Shown piece after piece: positions 44,567-56,090 of a stretch of DNA of 64,000 nt (position 1 is its first letter; every line of letters begins with the position of its first letter). The notes beneath the pieces are model-generated. The model made no database searches. It was not told the origin of the DNA and saw only the letters and a program-made list of their open reading frames with translations. The DNA lies in NCBI GenBank assembly GCA_020184695.1, contig JAANOX010000280.1, positions 434,001 to 498,000 on the forward strand. Direction: 5' to 3'. This DNA comes from Histomonas meleagridis 2922-C6/04-290x (lineage: Eukaryota; Protista; Parabasalia). Position numbers and translations under genes: made by a program.

Positions 44567-47557
44567 GAGATCATTAACTTTTACTGCATTTTGGAAAGTT
44601 AGAATGACTATATATAGGTACTTACCTTGTTCTTGTGAAATTTTCGTAGCTCAATGGAACGGCTTTTTTTATGAAACAATGATGACTAGGTTCGAGTCAA
44701 ATGGCATACTTTTTTTTTGACATTTTTAGTATTATCAAATGAACTTTGAACAAGGCTGCATTTACCTTCAATTAGGTTTAAGACAGAATTATCTCAATAC
44801 TGTATTTCACAAGCAATTGTCTGTTTTAAAATATCCAGGTTCTCCCTATTTATCATATTTCGATATTACAAAATTTAATCAAAATTTACCATTATTTATT
44901 ACATGTAAAAAGCACACCATTAGACAAAATAATGATATTAATTTTTCGATATCATGTTCCAAATGTGATCAAATAATTTTCAAATTGCATCTACAAAAAA
45001 CCTCTGAAACAGGAACAATAGGCTGCCGAATTCTTTGCGAACATGTAATCGACCTTCTTCATGAAGAAACAGATAATACTTTCAGAGTGTTTATATTTGT
45101 GTTTCCATTGGATGAAGAAATAATAGACAATCATAAAAAAGATTTCAGAATAATTCATCCGCTTCGGATGATCGGTAAAATAATATATAAAAATACTTCG
45201 AATGGAATTTTAAAACATTTTTTGAGGCAAATTATTTTTTCAAATTGTTGGAATTATAAACTTTCGAATCAAAAAACAAAATGTTTAAGTTTGGATAAAA
45301 TTATTTCTTCAAGGAGTGGTTTTTTCTTCTTATATTTATATGAAAAATCAAATATTAAAAATTTATTAGTATATGATAATAAACCGATTCAATGCTTCAT
45401 TTGGATTTCTCCTGGAATTTCAGAATTTCTATCTATCGATGGTGGTAGTCTTTATATTCAAATAGATGCTTCGTTTTATGCTTTACGTCCTTATGTGTAT
45501 TCAATACCACTTTTAATATTCAATAATGCATCGATTCCGTTAGGGATTATTTTAGGTCCATCGGAATCTGAAAATTTATATTCACTTATTTATCAATGTA
45601 TCAAAAAAATTACTAATTCTGATCGTTTAAATAATTTACCAGTATTATCTGATGAAGGGAGTGCTATTGAATCTTTTGTTAATCATGAAAATTCAGAACA
45701 ATTTTTATGTTATAGGCATTTAATTGATGAAATTGGTTCGGGGTCTTTTATTGCACAAATTGTCAAAAGATTATTATTTCAACCTAATATTGATAGTTAT
45801 GAGGTTCAATTAGTTCAATCTATTGCAGATGTTAATGAACTAATTATTAATAAAGAAATCGATTCAAAAACGATTATGAAATTTGCGAAAATATTTGATT
45901 TACAAATATTAAATGGTAAACTTATTGCAAAAAGTAGTAATCATCGAAATGGTTTATGGAATAGACAGACATTAGGAATCTCAACATGCTCAAATCACAT
46001 TGAAAGTTTGCACAAAAAAATGAATGTGAATGTTTTCCGATTTTACAAAATTAATCGAAGATTACAAATTGTTTTAGATACAATTTTTGATATTTATAAT
46101 AATTTTGAAATAAATTCAAGAAAACAAACTCATAGATTACTTTGCAATTTAAAGAGAGTTGCACAACAATCTTCAATCGTTCAATGTGAAACATGTTATA
46201 TGAATTGTGGGTGGGGTGATATATATTCAAATATATTTGGAATTAATGATTTTCCTTGCATACATACTATAAAATGCTCAAGTTTATATTTTGAAAATCT
46301 TGAACTTCCGATCTTTAATAATGACATAAATTTTGTTGAAATTTATCCATCATTTGATTCTTGGTCGTTTTCTTCAAAAGCACCTGTATACTCTTTTGAA
46401 AAAACATATGATGAATATAATTATTTCAAACAAAATATTAAAGAATGTGATTTTATATATGAATTAGCCAAAGATATATATAACATTAAAGGATGCTTAT
46501 TAAATTTAAGAGAAACTTTTATGGAAGTTTCTGAACTATGGGGTGTCGAAACTAATAATAATAAGGAAAATATGAATAATGTGAACTTCAAAGCAAAATT
46601 TAAATCTAAAGCATATAAAAAAATAAAATGAGTATTAAACCATGAATTATGTTTCAAAATAATTAAGTAAACATATTTTAATAATTTCAAATTAATGCTG
46701 AATTTTTTATTATAATGAAAAACGAATAATAGGGTATTATTGTATAAATATTCATTAAAAATAATAAATTAAATAATAATGTGTTTTGAATGATTTTTGT
46801 ATCAAATTAATTTTGGAGTTTATATTTTAAATCTTGAGAATAATTGTGGCAATATAGAAAATGAATATCAATAAATTGCATATAATTGTAAGATAAATAA
46901 ATATTCATATTTTCTCATTGTATGATTTTTTGTAGTAATCTGAATGTTAATAAAAAATTGATTTTAAAAAATATGCATAAATATTATAAAAATATTTTTC
47001 GGGATTATGAATTTTTTTTTCAGAGAATGGTTTATGAAAAACAAATATTTGAAAATTAGAAAAACGAAAAAATTGCATAAATTATCGATAATTTTCTATA
47101 AATAACTAACAACCATAATAATTTCCACCTTATCATAGATATGTCAAACTAAATTAAAATACATTATGATATAAACAGTAAAAAAGTATAATTGATCTTC
47201 ATCTCACAACATGATTTTTTTGCCTATGTCTGTTCGCAATTTTTATCAAATTTCATATCGTCATTGAATTTCTTAAATACAAAAATAAGAATATTTTCAT
47301 TATTTATCTGAGTATTTAAATAATTACAACATTTTATGATTTACCTAATTATCTTGTTATAATTTTTAAAATATGAAAAAAAATAAGCATTCAGTAAAAA
47401 AAAGTCAAAAAAATATAGAATCATTGAATCGAACCATCGGAATACAAAATGAAAAACAGTAAGCCTTCAAATAAGTTACATGAAATTCAAATAAGTAAAA
47501 TCAAAATTTATATATAATCATATTAACTTTCGAAAATGCAATAAAAATTTCCACTCC
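44567..47557 (+). mobile_element. Mutator-like (MULE) DNA transposon, about 3.0 kb
   Basis: 9-bp TSD CGTTAAAAT at 44558-44566 and 47558-47566. Subterminal inverted match of 23/26 nt (44576-44601 vs 47524-47549). Excision restores the ankyrin reading NGFIEIVKMLLEQKEIDINAKNI. Confidence 0.85.
44739..46631 (+). CDS. MULE-family DDE transposase
   Basis: Intact 630-aa ORF with IQIDASF (D), VLSDEGSAI (D), LCYRHL (CxxH) and CSNHIESLH (E). Confidence 0.8.
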   Translation: MNFEQGCIYLQLGLRQNYLNTVFHKQLSVLKYPGSPYLSYFDITKFNQNLPLFITCKKHTIRQNNDINFSISCSKCDQIIFKLHLQKTSETGTIGCRILCEHVIDLLHEETDNTFRVFIFVFPLDEEIIDNHKKDFRIIHPLRMIGKIIYKNTSNGILKHFLRQIIFSNCWNYKLSNQKTKCLSLDKIISSRSGFFFLYLYEKSNIKNLLVYDNKPIQCFIWISPGISEFLSIDGGSLYIQIDASFYALRPYVYSIPLLIFNNASIPLGIILGPSESENLYSLIYQCIKKITNSDRLNNLPVLSDEGSAIESFVNHENSEQFLCYRHLIDEIGSGSFIAQIVKRLLFQPNIDSYEVQLVQSIADVNELIINKEIDSKTIMKFAKIFDLQILNGKLIAKSSNHRNGLWNRQTLGISTCSNHIESLHKKMNVNVFRFYKINRRLQIVLDTIFDIYNNFEINSRKQTHRLLCNLKRVAQQSSIVQCETCYMNCGWGDIYSNIFGINDFPCIHTIKCSSLYFENLELPIFNNDINFVEIYPSFDSWSFSSKAPVYSFEKTYDEYNYFKQNIKECDFIYELAKDIYNIKGCLLNLRETFMEVSELWGVETNNNKENMNNVNFKAKFKSKAYKKIK

Positions 47558-47805
47558 CGTTAAAATGCTTCTTGAACAAAAAGAAATTGATATTAATGCA
47601 AAAAATATTTAAGTATTTCTATATTCCCTTGTTGAACTGCTAAATCAATTAGTGTTATAAATTATTAAAATAAATTAAAAATTAATAAAATAAAAATCAA
47701 ATGACTAAAATAAATATATTTCGCACTAAGATCAATTTCTTTTTGTTCTAAGAGTAATTTCGCTATTTCTAGATTCTCTTTTTCAAGTGCTATATGAAAT
47801 GGTGT

Positions 47806-48019
47806 TTCAAATTATTCATATTAATCGAAAATTATTAAAACAAATCCAATTTTTTTAAAAAAAATTGTAAATCATTAAAATAATCATGAAATTATTAAAA
47901 TAAATTCCAAATTATTAAAATAAATCATAAATTATTAAAATAAGTTCCAAATTTTTAAAATATATTTCAAATTATTAAAAGAAATTCCAAATTTTTAAAA
48001 TGTGTAAATTAATAATTAA
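47806..48019 (-). repeat. 20-nt minisatellite (about 10 units); an expanded ankyrin spacer
   Basis: The plus-strand unit ATTATTAAAATAAATTCCAA repeats with period 20 from 47831. Its reverse complement matches the spacer subunit. It lies between ...EFHRKDI and the ankyrin core at 47805-47713 (TPFHIALEKENLEIAKLLLEQKEIDLSAKYI). Confidence 0.85.
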
Positions 48020-48207
48020 AATATCCTTTCTATGAAATTCAATTGCTATTTCGATTTGATTTTCACATATTGAATCGTATCGTTCACATAACTGAACAAT
48101 TTCTAAATTTCCTCCTGCAATTGCATATTTTAATGAATTTTTAATAATTGATCCATTCGTTAATATATATTCTTGTTCAAGAAGTATTTTAACGATTTTA
48201 ATAAAAC

Positions 48208-49103
48208 GAAAATATTTCGATATGAAATACAAAGATTTCCTAATTCTTCTAAATTATTAATTTCTTCTAATTTGTTTTCATAAAGATATTTAAAGATATC
48301 ATTTCGATGAAATTCAATTGCTGCTTCATATGCTTTATCAAATGATGAATGATTTTGTTCACATAAATGAATGATTTCTTCATTTCCACCAGCAATTGCA
48401 TATTTACCTGTGTTATCTATTTTAGAACCATTCATAAGTAAAAATTTAAAACATTTAATCGCAGAAAAAAATGCTGCATAATCAATTAATGTAACATTTC
48501 TTTGATTAATAAATGAACATCTTTCATAAAGTGATGGTTCAATTGTTTGATTAAAATCAAAATTTGGTTGTGATGATATTTCTTGAAGTTTTTCGATTTC
48601 ATCATTTCGAATTATTTTTACAATTTCATTTGGATTCTGTCCTTCTCTAATTAATTTACAAAATCATTTTCCCTTAAATAGATTGCTAATTTATCTTTAG
48701 ACATATAATGAACAAAATAAGCACACTGGTTGTTTTTTACAATATTTGGTTCAAGAAAATTATGTTCAATCATAGCTTCAATAAGATAAGATGATTCATC
48801 TGTATACTTATTGATAAGAAATCGCCCAAATACATCATATATATTGGATTTGATTTTATTACTCTCTTCAAATGTTCTTATTTCTTTTATAATATTCAAA
48901 AATAAATATACGTTATTATTTTTAATCACAAAGGAATAATATATCATTTGAATAATAATTAAGTCATAAGATAAAGGATGGATTTCATCAAATTTGTTGA
49001 ACATTAAACCTAAAGATCGAGAGAAATTTTCTTCATTCAAACTAAAAATTGATTGATTTATTGATAGAAGTGTTTCCCAGTTGCGATGTTCCTTTGGTTT
49101 CAT
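48208..49103 (-). pseudogene. 5' half of a DUF3447/ankyrin gene (internal deletion/frameshift near 48660)
   Basis: HPLSYDLII, EGQNPNEIVKIIRND, LIDYAAFFSAIKCFKF, KYAIAGGNEEIIHLCEQ and ELGNLCISYRN. By homology it continues at 44375. Confidence 0.75.
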
Positions 49104-49824
49104 GTGGAAAATTAACAACTTCGGGCTCAAAGCCTTCAAACCGCCTATCGGCAAGCCGTTACAGCCGGTTATGAATTTAATTTACATTGACTGCTAATCG
49201 TTATTCATTTCGGATATCGTATCAAAAAGCATTTTGATTTGAGGGGAATTGCTGGCATTAAAGACGAAGGAATTTCATTAATTTGAAAGTAAATATATAA
49301 ACTTGTTATTTTTGTTTTCTTTCATTACTTAGACGATACATTTCTTTAAAACTTCTTTAACAATGTTTTTCATCAATTATGCCTCTGAGCCCAAATGGCC
49401 CATTACCAATTGACTCTATGACCATTTTTGAACTTCTTCAAATCTCCATTCTTAATTTGAGCTCCTTCCCGATCAGTAACTTTAGCTGCTTTCTCAATCT
49501 TATAAATGAATTCATTTGCTTTGAAATAAATCCATTTCTCTTTTTCATCTTCTGTTCATTGTAAACCAAAAACAAACGACTTGCCCGATTTACATACAAA
49601 AAATATGTGGCTCTGTGGGCAGAGATCTGCATTGCCAAGATGAAAACCCTACATGAAACATTTAAACTCAAAACTCGTTCAATTACATGGCTAATAATAA
49701 TTTGATGATAATGTTCTACTTGTAAACACTTTTAGTTGACATCAATGTTAATGAATAAAGATTTCATCATAAAGAATTTGTATACAAAAAGAAGCAAAAA
49801 CAAAAAATTGACAATTCATGTTGT

Positions 49825-50957
49825 TTAGAAGCACTTGCGGTGGACAATTCCTGGACCAGCTTCGTTGTATTCGTCACGTGTGATAACCATTTGTGGGAAT
49901 GTGGCGAGTGATGCGAGGATGGAGCCACCGATCCAAACTGCGTACTTACGTTCTGGTGGGGCGACGACTTTGATCTTCATTGTTGGTGGTGCGAGGCGGA
50001 CCATTTCCTTCTCCATACGTTCTGGGAGACCTTCGAACATTGTGGTACCACCAGAGAGAACAATGTTAGCGTAGAGATCCTTACGGACATCGATATCGCA
50101 TGCCATGATGGAGTTGAAGAGGGTTTGGTCGATACCTTCGAATTCGAAGCCATTGAAGTGTGGCTTGAAAAGAAGTTCTGGGCACCTGAAGCGCTCGTTA
50201 GCGATGGTGATGACGTTGCCATCTGGAAGTGTGTATGAGATGTCGCATTCGGATGTTGTGGCGGCCTTGTTCATTTCTTCATCGAAATCAAGAGCAACAT
50301 ATGCATGCTTCTCCTTGATATCACGAACAATTTCCTTTTCGGCGGATGTTGTGAAGGTGTAACCACGTTCGTTGAGGATCTTTTGGAGGTAGGCTGTGAG
50401 ATCACGACCGGCGAGGTTGATACGCATGATGGCGTGTGGAAGGGAGTAACCTTCGTAGATTGGAACTGTGTGGGAAACACCATCACCCTGCATCGAAAAC
50501 GATACCGGTTGTACGACCTGATGAGTAAAAGGGAAAGAACGGCTTGGATACCAACATAGAATGCTGGAACGTTGAATGTTTCGAATTGGAGTTGGATCAT
50601 CTTTTCACGGTTGGCCTTTGGGTTCATTGGGGCTTCTGTAAGAAGAACTGGGTGCTCAGCTGGGTCAACACGTAATTCGTTGTAGAAGGTGTGGTGCCAG
50701 ATTTTTTCCATATCGTCCCAGTTGGTAACGATACCGTGTTCAATTGGGTACTTGAGGATAAGGATACCTGCCTTAGCGCATGCTTCATCACCAACATATG
50801 TATCCTTGTTTTGACCACCAGCGATTGTTTGGACATACTTTGGACGACCAACAATTGATGGGAAAACTGAGCGTGGTGCTTCATCACCAGCGAAACCAGC
50901 CTTGCACATACCGGAACCATTATCGATAACTAATGTTTGAACTTCGTCTTCAGCCAT
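49825..50957 (-). CDS. ACT: Actin (one extra T in a homopolymer near 50527-50530, probably a sequencing error)
   Basis: Canonical actin sequence [25 protein letters not shown]...GIVHRKCF, split across two frames. Confidence 0.97.
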
Positions 50958-50966
50958 GAAAACTAA

Positions 50967-50971
50967 AATGA
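50967..50971 (-). promoter_or_regulatory. Initiator (Inr) TCATT upstream of actin
   Basis: The minus strand reads cactTCATTttagttttcATG. Confidence 0.55.
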
Positions 50972-51632
50972 AGTGGAAATCAGGTGATGTGACTTCCTCT
51001 GAAAAAAGCGGACAATTTCCGTTGGCGGCAGTTTTATTGAGGTTACATTCAAAAATCAGTATTCAATTTTTGGACAATTTTAATGTGACTTTGTGGGAAC
51101 TTTCGTTTTTTTGTTGTTTCGTCATGGGTTCGGAATTCTATTATAATATTTCAATTTTTTTCATAACAAAGATAAAATATATTGTTGGATGCGAACTAAT
51201 TTAATTTTGAAATCAATTAATTCTAAATTATGTATAAAACAAAAGTACTTAAATCTGTGCATATTATGTTGATTTTTATGCATAAATTTATTTGTAAAAT
51301 AAGATAAAATTGCAAAAAAATGGTTTTGAACATTGATGCAATTCTCTAAGTTTCAAAAAAATTACATCATAAAGTATATAAATGTGTCAGTATTTAGCAT
51401 TTGCTATACATGAGATGATTTAAATAAAAAAGAAACAAAAAATTTTTGAATCTATTTACTTATTTTTTTGACAGCTGTCCATATTGTTCTTGCCACCAAA
51501 AACTAAAATTTAGAACATATTTATCGCAGCTTTGGAATGACAATTATAAAATTCTTCTCCCCATCAACACAATTCAATTATATTTGTATCGTCTTCTATG
51601 AGAATTTTCAACAAGTTAAAGCGAATGGTTAT

Positions 51633-53987
51633 TTATGTTATATACAAATATTTCTGTAACTGAATGACATATTCACTTGGGAAAGTTCCAATAACGAAAT
51701 TCAAGAATTGTTCCTTTGACAAATTATATAATTTATGTGATGTTACCATTGGATTTACATGTGAAAAATAAAATGTATTATTATCTAAATTAAAAGGATT
51801 TCTATCCAAATAATTCAAATACAATTCATAAGATTTTACTTTAAATTCATTGCCAACATTAAATGAAAATAATAAATAAAAATAAAGATTAATATCAAAC
51901 TGTAACCCAGTGGTATTAAATCCATTTAACAGTATTTCATACAAAATTTCAAAAGAAAAATTATTTTTTGGTAACCATACATCAATATTTTGTTTGTCAA
52001 TTGAATAGATGAAAGCGAACGTTAAAAATAATATCGTTCTATCGGTAACCGTTGTTGTATTTATGATTTGAATCAAGTAAAATATCAAATTCAATACATT
52101 ATTTTTAGTGTTTTCAGTACCATTTAAATATAAAGCAATTGCTAAATCAGAAAATCTTAAATCAATGTTTGATTCTTTATATTTATTATTAGAATATTGT
52201 AAAAAGAATTGCTCTATTCCATCAATAACGCCAATACGAGCGAAAAATGCAGATATACCAAATATAGAGCAAATTATTTCGGGTGAAATAAATGATTGCG
52301 ATATAAACTGTATGAAACAATTATAAAATTTCTTTAAATTTTCAGTAATTACAAAATCTTTGTTTGGTAGCGATGAAAATATTAATGATGAAAGTTGAAT
52401 AGTACTTATTACTTTATTCGAATCGAATAAAAATTCACATAAAATCGGCAAAAAAATTTCTTGAATAATTAAACAATAATTTGGATACACAATATAATCA
52501 GAAATAAAATGTCCAATATCAAAAGCAACGTCAATATTTTCGACATAATTAATCCACATTTCCTTATAATATAATAAATATTCAGGTATTATTTGTTGGT
52601 AATTATCAACAAAATTTAATAATATTTGATTAACAATACTGAGCACATCGACAACAATTCCGGTTGTAATACTTTTAGCAATTGTACTAAGTGGTCCCAA
52701 CGCTGTGTTAAGAAGTAATTTAGAGTTGTCTGTGTTTTTGATAGAAAGAGCTTTAGATACTAATAAAGGAATTGCAAAATGATTGGATTGAATATATTGT
52801 TCTGGAATTTGTTTTCCAGTGTAAATACAACACATTAAATACCTTCCAATAAGTATTGGATCATCATTAGTGACGGGCTCTGGAATTTTAATATCAATAT
52901 CAGAATCAAAAGTCTGTGTGTATGTTTCTATAATATAAAATGCAGCTTCTTCACTTCGTGGATCACTAAACATATTACTTAAATGGGGAAAAATTTGGTC
53001 AAATTTAACTTTATATAACTTGAGAACTTGTGCAGCTTCTTCACGGAGAAATGTGTTTTCTTCAATATCATTACAAATATTCTCAGCAACAAAGAACTCT
53101 AAATCATTCAGCCACATCTGATATTCATCATCAGATGCAATACAAAGACGAATGCAAATAGGAATAAATGGTGTTTGCACTATTGATTCGTCAGCCATAT
53201 ACGTAAACATATTGAGAATTGAAATAGCATATGTCGAAAAGCTATAACTGGTCCTATCGGGCAGAACTTTTTCAGTTGGAAAAGGGCAAATTTGGGCTAA
53301 ATTTGATAGCTGAAAAGTGACTGATTTATACTTTTCTTCACTCTCAGGAATCAGCGAAAGGAGGGGAAGAAGCTCTGAAAGTGTTGGCAAGAAATTGATA
53401 ATATCACTCTGGGATAAGAAGTATTGAAGAACAAAATTGAATAGTGGAGAAAAAAACTCATAATTTGTTGAATTTAATTGATTGCTTACAAACTTGGTGA
53501 TACAACGTGCAGATAGAACAAAAGAAAATACATCTGTAGGTTTCATGATGATTCCACAAAGATATTGAAAAACATTTTCTGAAATTTGACGACGAATTTC
53601 AATGTAGTGAAATAAAGTCAGAAGAATGCCATAAATTTGAGTGTCTTCTTGGAAAATAAATTCTTCTATATTATTTATGGATTCGCCTAAAATATAGGAA
53701 ACTGGAATAACAAGATCATCAATTTGACCATTCAAAAATGGAATTAACAAATGAATTGCTTCTGTGTTTAGCTGTAATTTGTGTCTATAAATTGTGTATA
53801 GTAATAATTTTTTAGAATTTAAATCTGTTTTTTCATCTAAAATCAAGTTTATAAATTGCGATGCCAACTGTACACCATCCCTAGATGCCATGATTCTTGT
53901 CACTCTATGAATTTCATTAAGTAATTCTGAATTGCCTTCTTTGTAAGCAAGTATTAGTGATTCAGGAATGTTCATTTGAACAGACAT
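51633..53987 (-). CDS. HEAT-repeat protein, possibly importin-beta/karyopherin-like
   Basis: Long helical ORF of about 785 aa with WLNDLEFFVAE...LREEAAQVL and EEAAFYII segments resembling karyopherins. Confidence 0.5.
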   Translation of the reverse strand: MSVQMNIPESLILAYKEGNSELLNEIHRVTRIMASRDGVQLASQFINLILDEKTDLNSKKLLLYTIYRHKLQLNTEAIHLLIPFLNGQIDDLVIPVSYILGESINNIEEFIFQEDTQIYGILLTLFHYIEIRRQISENVFQYLCGIIMKPTDVFSFVLSARCITKFVSNQLNSTNYEFFSPLFNFVLQYFLSQSDIINFLPTLSELLPLLSLIPESEEKYKSVTFQLSNLAQICPFPTEKVLPDRTSYSFSTYAISILNMFTYMADESIVQTPFIPICIRLCIASDDEYQMWLNDLEFFVAENICNDIEENTFLREEAAQVLKLYKVKFDQIFPHLSNMFSDPRSEEAAFYIIETYTQTFDSDIDIKIPEPVTNDDPILIGRYLMCCIYTGKQIPEQYIQSNHFAIPLLVSKALSIKNTDNSKLLLNTALGPLSTIAKSITTGIVVDVLSIVNQILLNFVDNYQQIIPEYLLYYKEMWINYVENIDVAFDIGHFISDYIVYPNYCLIIQEIFLPILCEFLFDSNKVISTIQLSSLIFSSLPNKDFVITENLKKFYNCFIQFISQSFISPEIICSIFGISAFFARIGVIDGIEQFFLQYSNNKYKESNIDLRFSDLAIALYLNGTENTKNNVLNLIFYLIQIINTTTVTDRTILFLTFAFIYSIDKQNIDVWLPKNNFSFEILYEILLNGFNTTGLQFDINLYFYLLFSFNVGNEFKVKSYELYLNYLDRNPFNLDNNTFYFSHVNPMVTSHKLYNLSKEQFLNFVIGTFPSEYVIQLQKYLYIT

Positions 53988-54245
53988 TGTCAAAATCTTG
54001 TTTGATTTTTAACGGTCGCCATCAATTGCTTGTTTTTTGTCCTCAAACCTAAGCTTTAGCAAGGGCTTCTCGACTTTGTTTATTTGACATAAAAAAATAT
54101 TTTTTATAGACAAAGTAAAGAGAAAAAAATTGGTTATTGATAATAATGAAATGCACTTAACAACAAATTAATTAAAAACATCCAATTTTATTACTTGCTG
54201 ATACACAGGCAATAGAATTCATACACATTTTAAAACTTTTTCAAC

Positions 54246-55154
54246 TTAAATATTTTTTAATATATCTTTCAGATTTGCAACTGCAGAAACTATTTCATCG
54301 TCACAAGACTCATATGACTCACCAAATTCATCTGCAGCCTTTGTAAAGTCTAAGTAAGACTTTTCGAAGTCCAATAATCTGCAGTCTACTTTTTCAGGAT
54401 TCTTTTCATCATAAACGATTAAAACGGAAGAAGAATAAAAGCGTATGTTTCTTTCGTGAAGCCTCTTAAGCCCTTCTTCAAGCTTGTTTAACTTCTTAAT
54501 TACAAATTGTAACTCATTCCGATGCTTAAAGAAATCAGATAAAAATTCTTTAAGTTCTTCTAATGAACATTTTGTGGAAAAATCACGTCCGACATATGAA
54601 AGATGGTCTTCTTTGTTCCATTTCTCGGGATTATTGCTGTACCAAATTGCACCTCGAACTCTGAATTTGGTGATTCCGTTCGGTCCTCTGAGATTCTTGG
54701 CTGTCCTTCGTGCTGCTTTTTTCTTGCTTGCGCCAATTCTCCATGTTCGTGTTCCGACTTTAAGATCAAGTATCGCTGGTTGTGTAAATCCGGCAGCTAC
54801 ATCTTTTTGTACTAAATATGGAATGTGATTAGTTTCGTGTAAATTTAAGTCAGGGTATGCATCGATTTTAACCTCTTCGTGAGCATAAAATTCACTTATT
54901 GGCTTTTCGAAATATACAATGCCAAGAATTTCTGGTAAAAGTGAATTTGGAAAGAATTCAGTAAGGTTTCCTTTATAATAGCGATAAAAACGAAGCTCAT
55001 TAGGTGTTGCTTTTTTTGCAATATAGCCTTCCTCAAATGGATAGATACTATTGTCGTGACCAAATATTCTTCCGCGTTGAAGACATCCTGGTCGTCCGTC
55101 TATATGAAAGGTAAATTCGTTGGGCCCTTGTTCCATGTGGATGGGTTTGGTCAT
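54246..55154 (-). CDS. Inositol polyphosphate kinase family protein
   Basis: PAILDLKVG (PxxxDxKxG), FYSSSVLIVY (SSLL-like) and LLDFEK (IDF-like). Confidence 0.88.
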   Translation of the reverse strand: MTKPIHMEQGPNEFTFHIDGRPGCLQRGRIFGHDNSIYPFEEGYIAKKATPNELRFYRYYKGNLTEFFPNSLLPEILGIVYFEKPISEFYAHEEVKIDAYPDLNLHETNHIPYLVQKDVAAGFTQPAILDLKVGTRTWRIGASKKKAARRTAKNLRGPNGITKFRVRGAIWYSNNPEKWNKEDHLSYVGRDFSTKCSLEELKEFLSDFFKHRNELQFVIKKLNKLEEGLKRLHERNIRFYSSSVLIVYDEKNPEKVDCRLLDFEKSYLDFTKAADEFGESYESCDDEIVSAVANLKDILKNI

Positions 55155-56090
55155 GTGCCACTTTTGGACCTTCTCAAATGAAAAAAAACTTAGGAAAATT
55201 GTTAGGAATAAGACCAACAAAGTCCCTCAATTCAGCGGTTTTCAAATCCTTTTTTAAACAGGATGTAAATGCACAAAAAGCTGTGACGATAAAAATGGTT
55301 GTTATCAATTTAATGATAATGATAAACCTTGGCTCACAGCCAATTCGAAATAAATTTCGATGATTTTAAAAGCCTATGAAATACATAATAAGATATTTAG
55401 TAATTTTAACTCCAAGAACGAATACAGTATATATAAATAATAAGTCCTATCAGATAGAAATTATTAAGTTTCATCTAAATTTAAGCTAAAATACCATACA
55501 TTTTGAAAGCTCATTTAAATGTGATGGAATTTGATTATTTTGGAAAAAGAAATCAACAAGGAATTCACATCTTTTGCGACATTGTTAGTTAAAAAACCAA
55601 TTTTTTATTAATTAATAAAATTTCCATATTCTTCACAATTTCTTCATCAAGTCGAGAATATCTTTTTTTTTTATTTTTGTGCAGTTTGATTTTGTTGAGG
55701 AAGGTTTCTTCCACATGATCAATTAGAAAAAGGTAATTTTGTTTTCAAAAAGATATATAATGATTTTATCTAGGCTTAACTATATCAGAACTAGGCAAAT
55801 ATTCTTCGTTAATTGTGGGTGTTGTGGAGTAAACAGATGTTGAAATGGTAATTTACCATTAAATTTCGATTGAATATTTTAATAGAAAAAAATTATATTT
55901 CTTTTATTTTATTCCATGATAAACAAATCTTAATGCTACAAAACAAATAACACACTTTATATATTATGAAAAATACAAATATGTATATAAGAGAATTTTG
56001 ATTTGTAATGTCTTAATCGACTTTTTCTATGTATGAAACTGAAAAATATTTCAATATAAATAATGACAGTATGATATACATATAACCAAG

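Noticed and set aside
44388-47618. 61-bp direct repeats (44388-44448 and 47558-47618) as LTRs
   Set aside because: They are successive near-identical ankyrin units pushed apart by the MULE insertion.
50520-50535. Programmed frameshift or pseudogenisation of actin
   Set aside because: A single extra T in a homopolymer within an otherwise perfect actin is most likely a long-read indel error.
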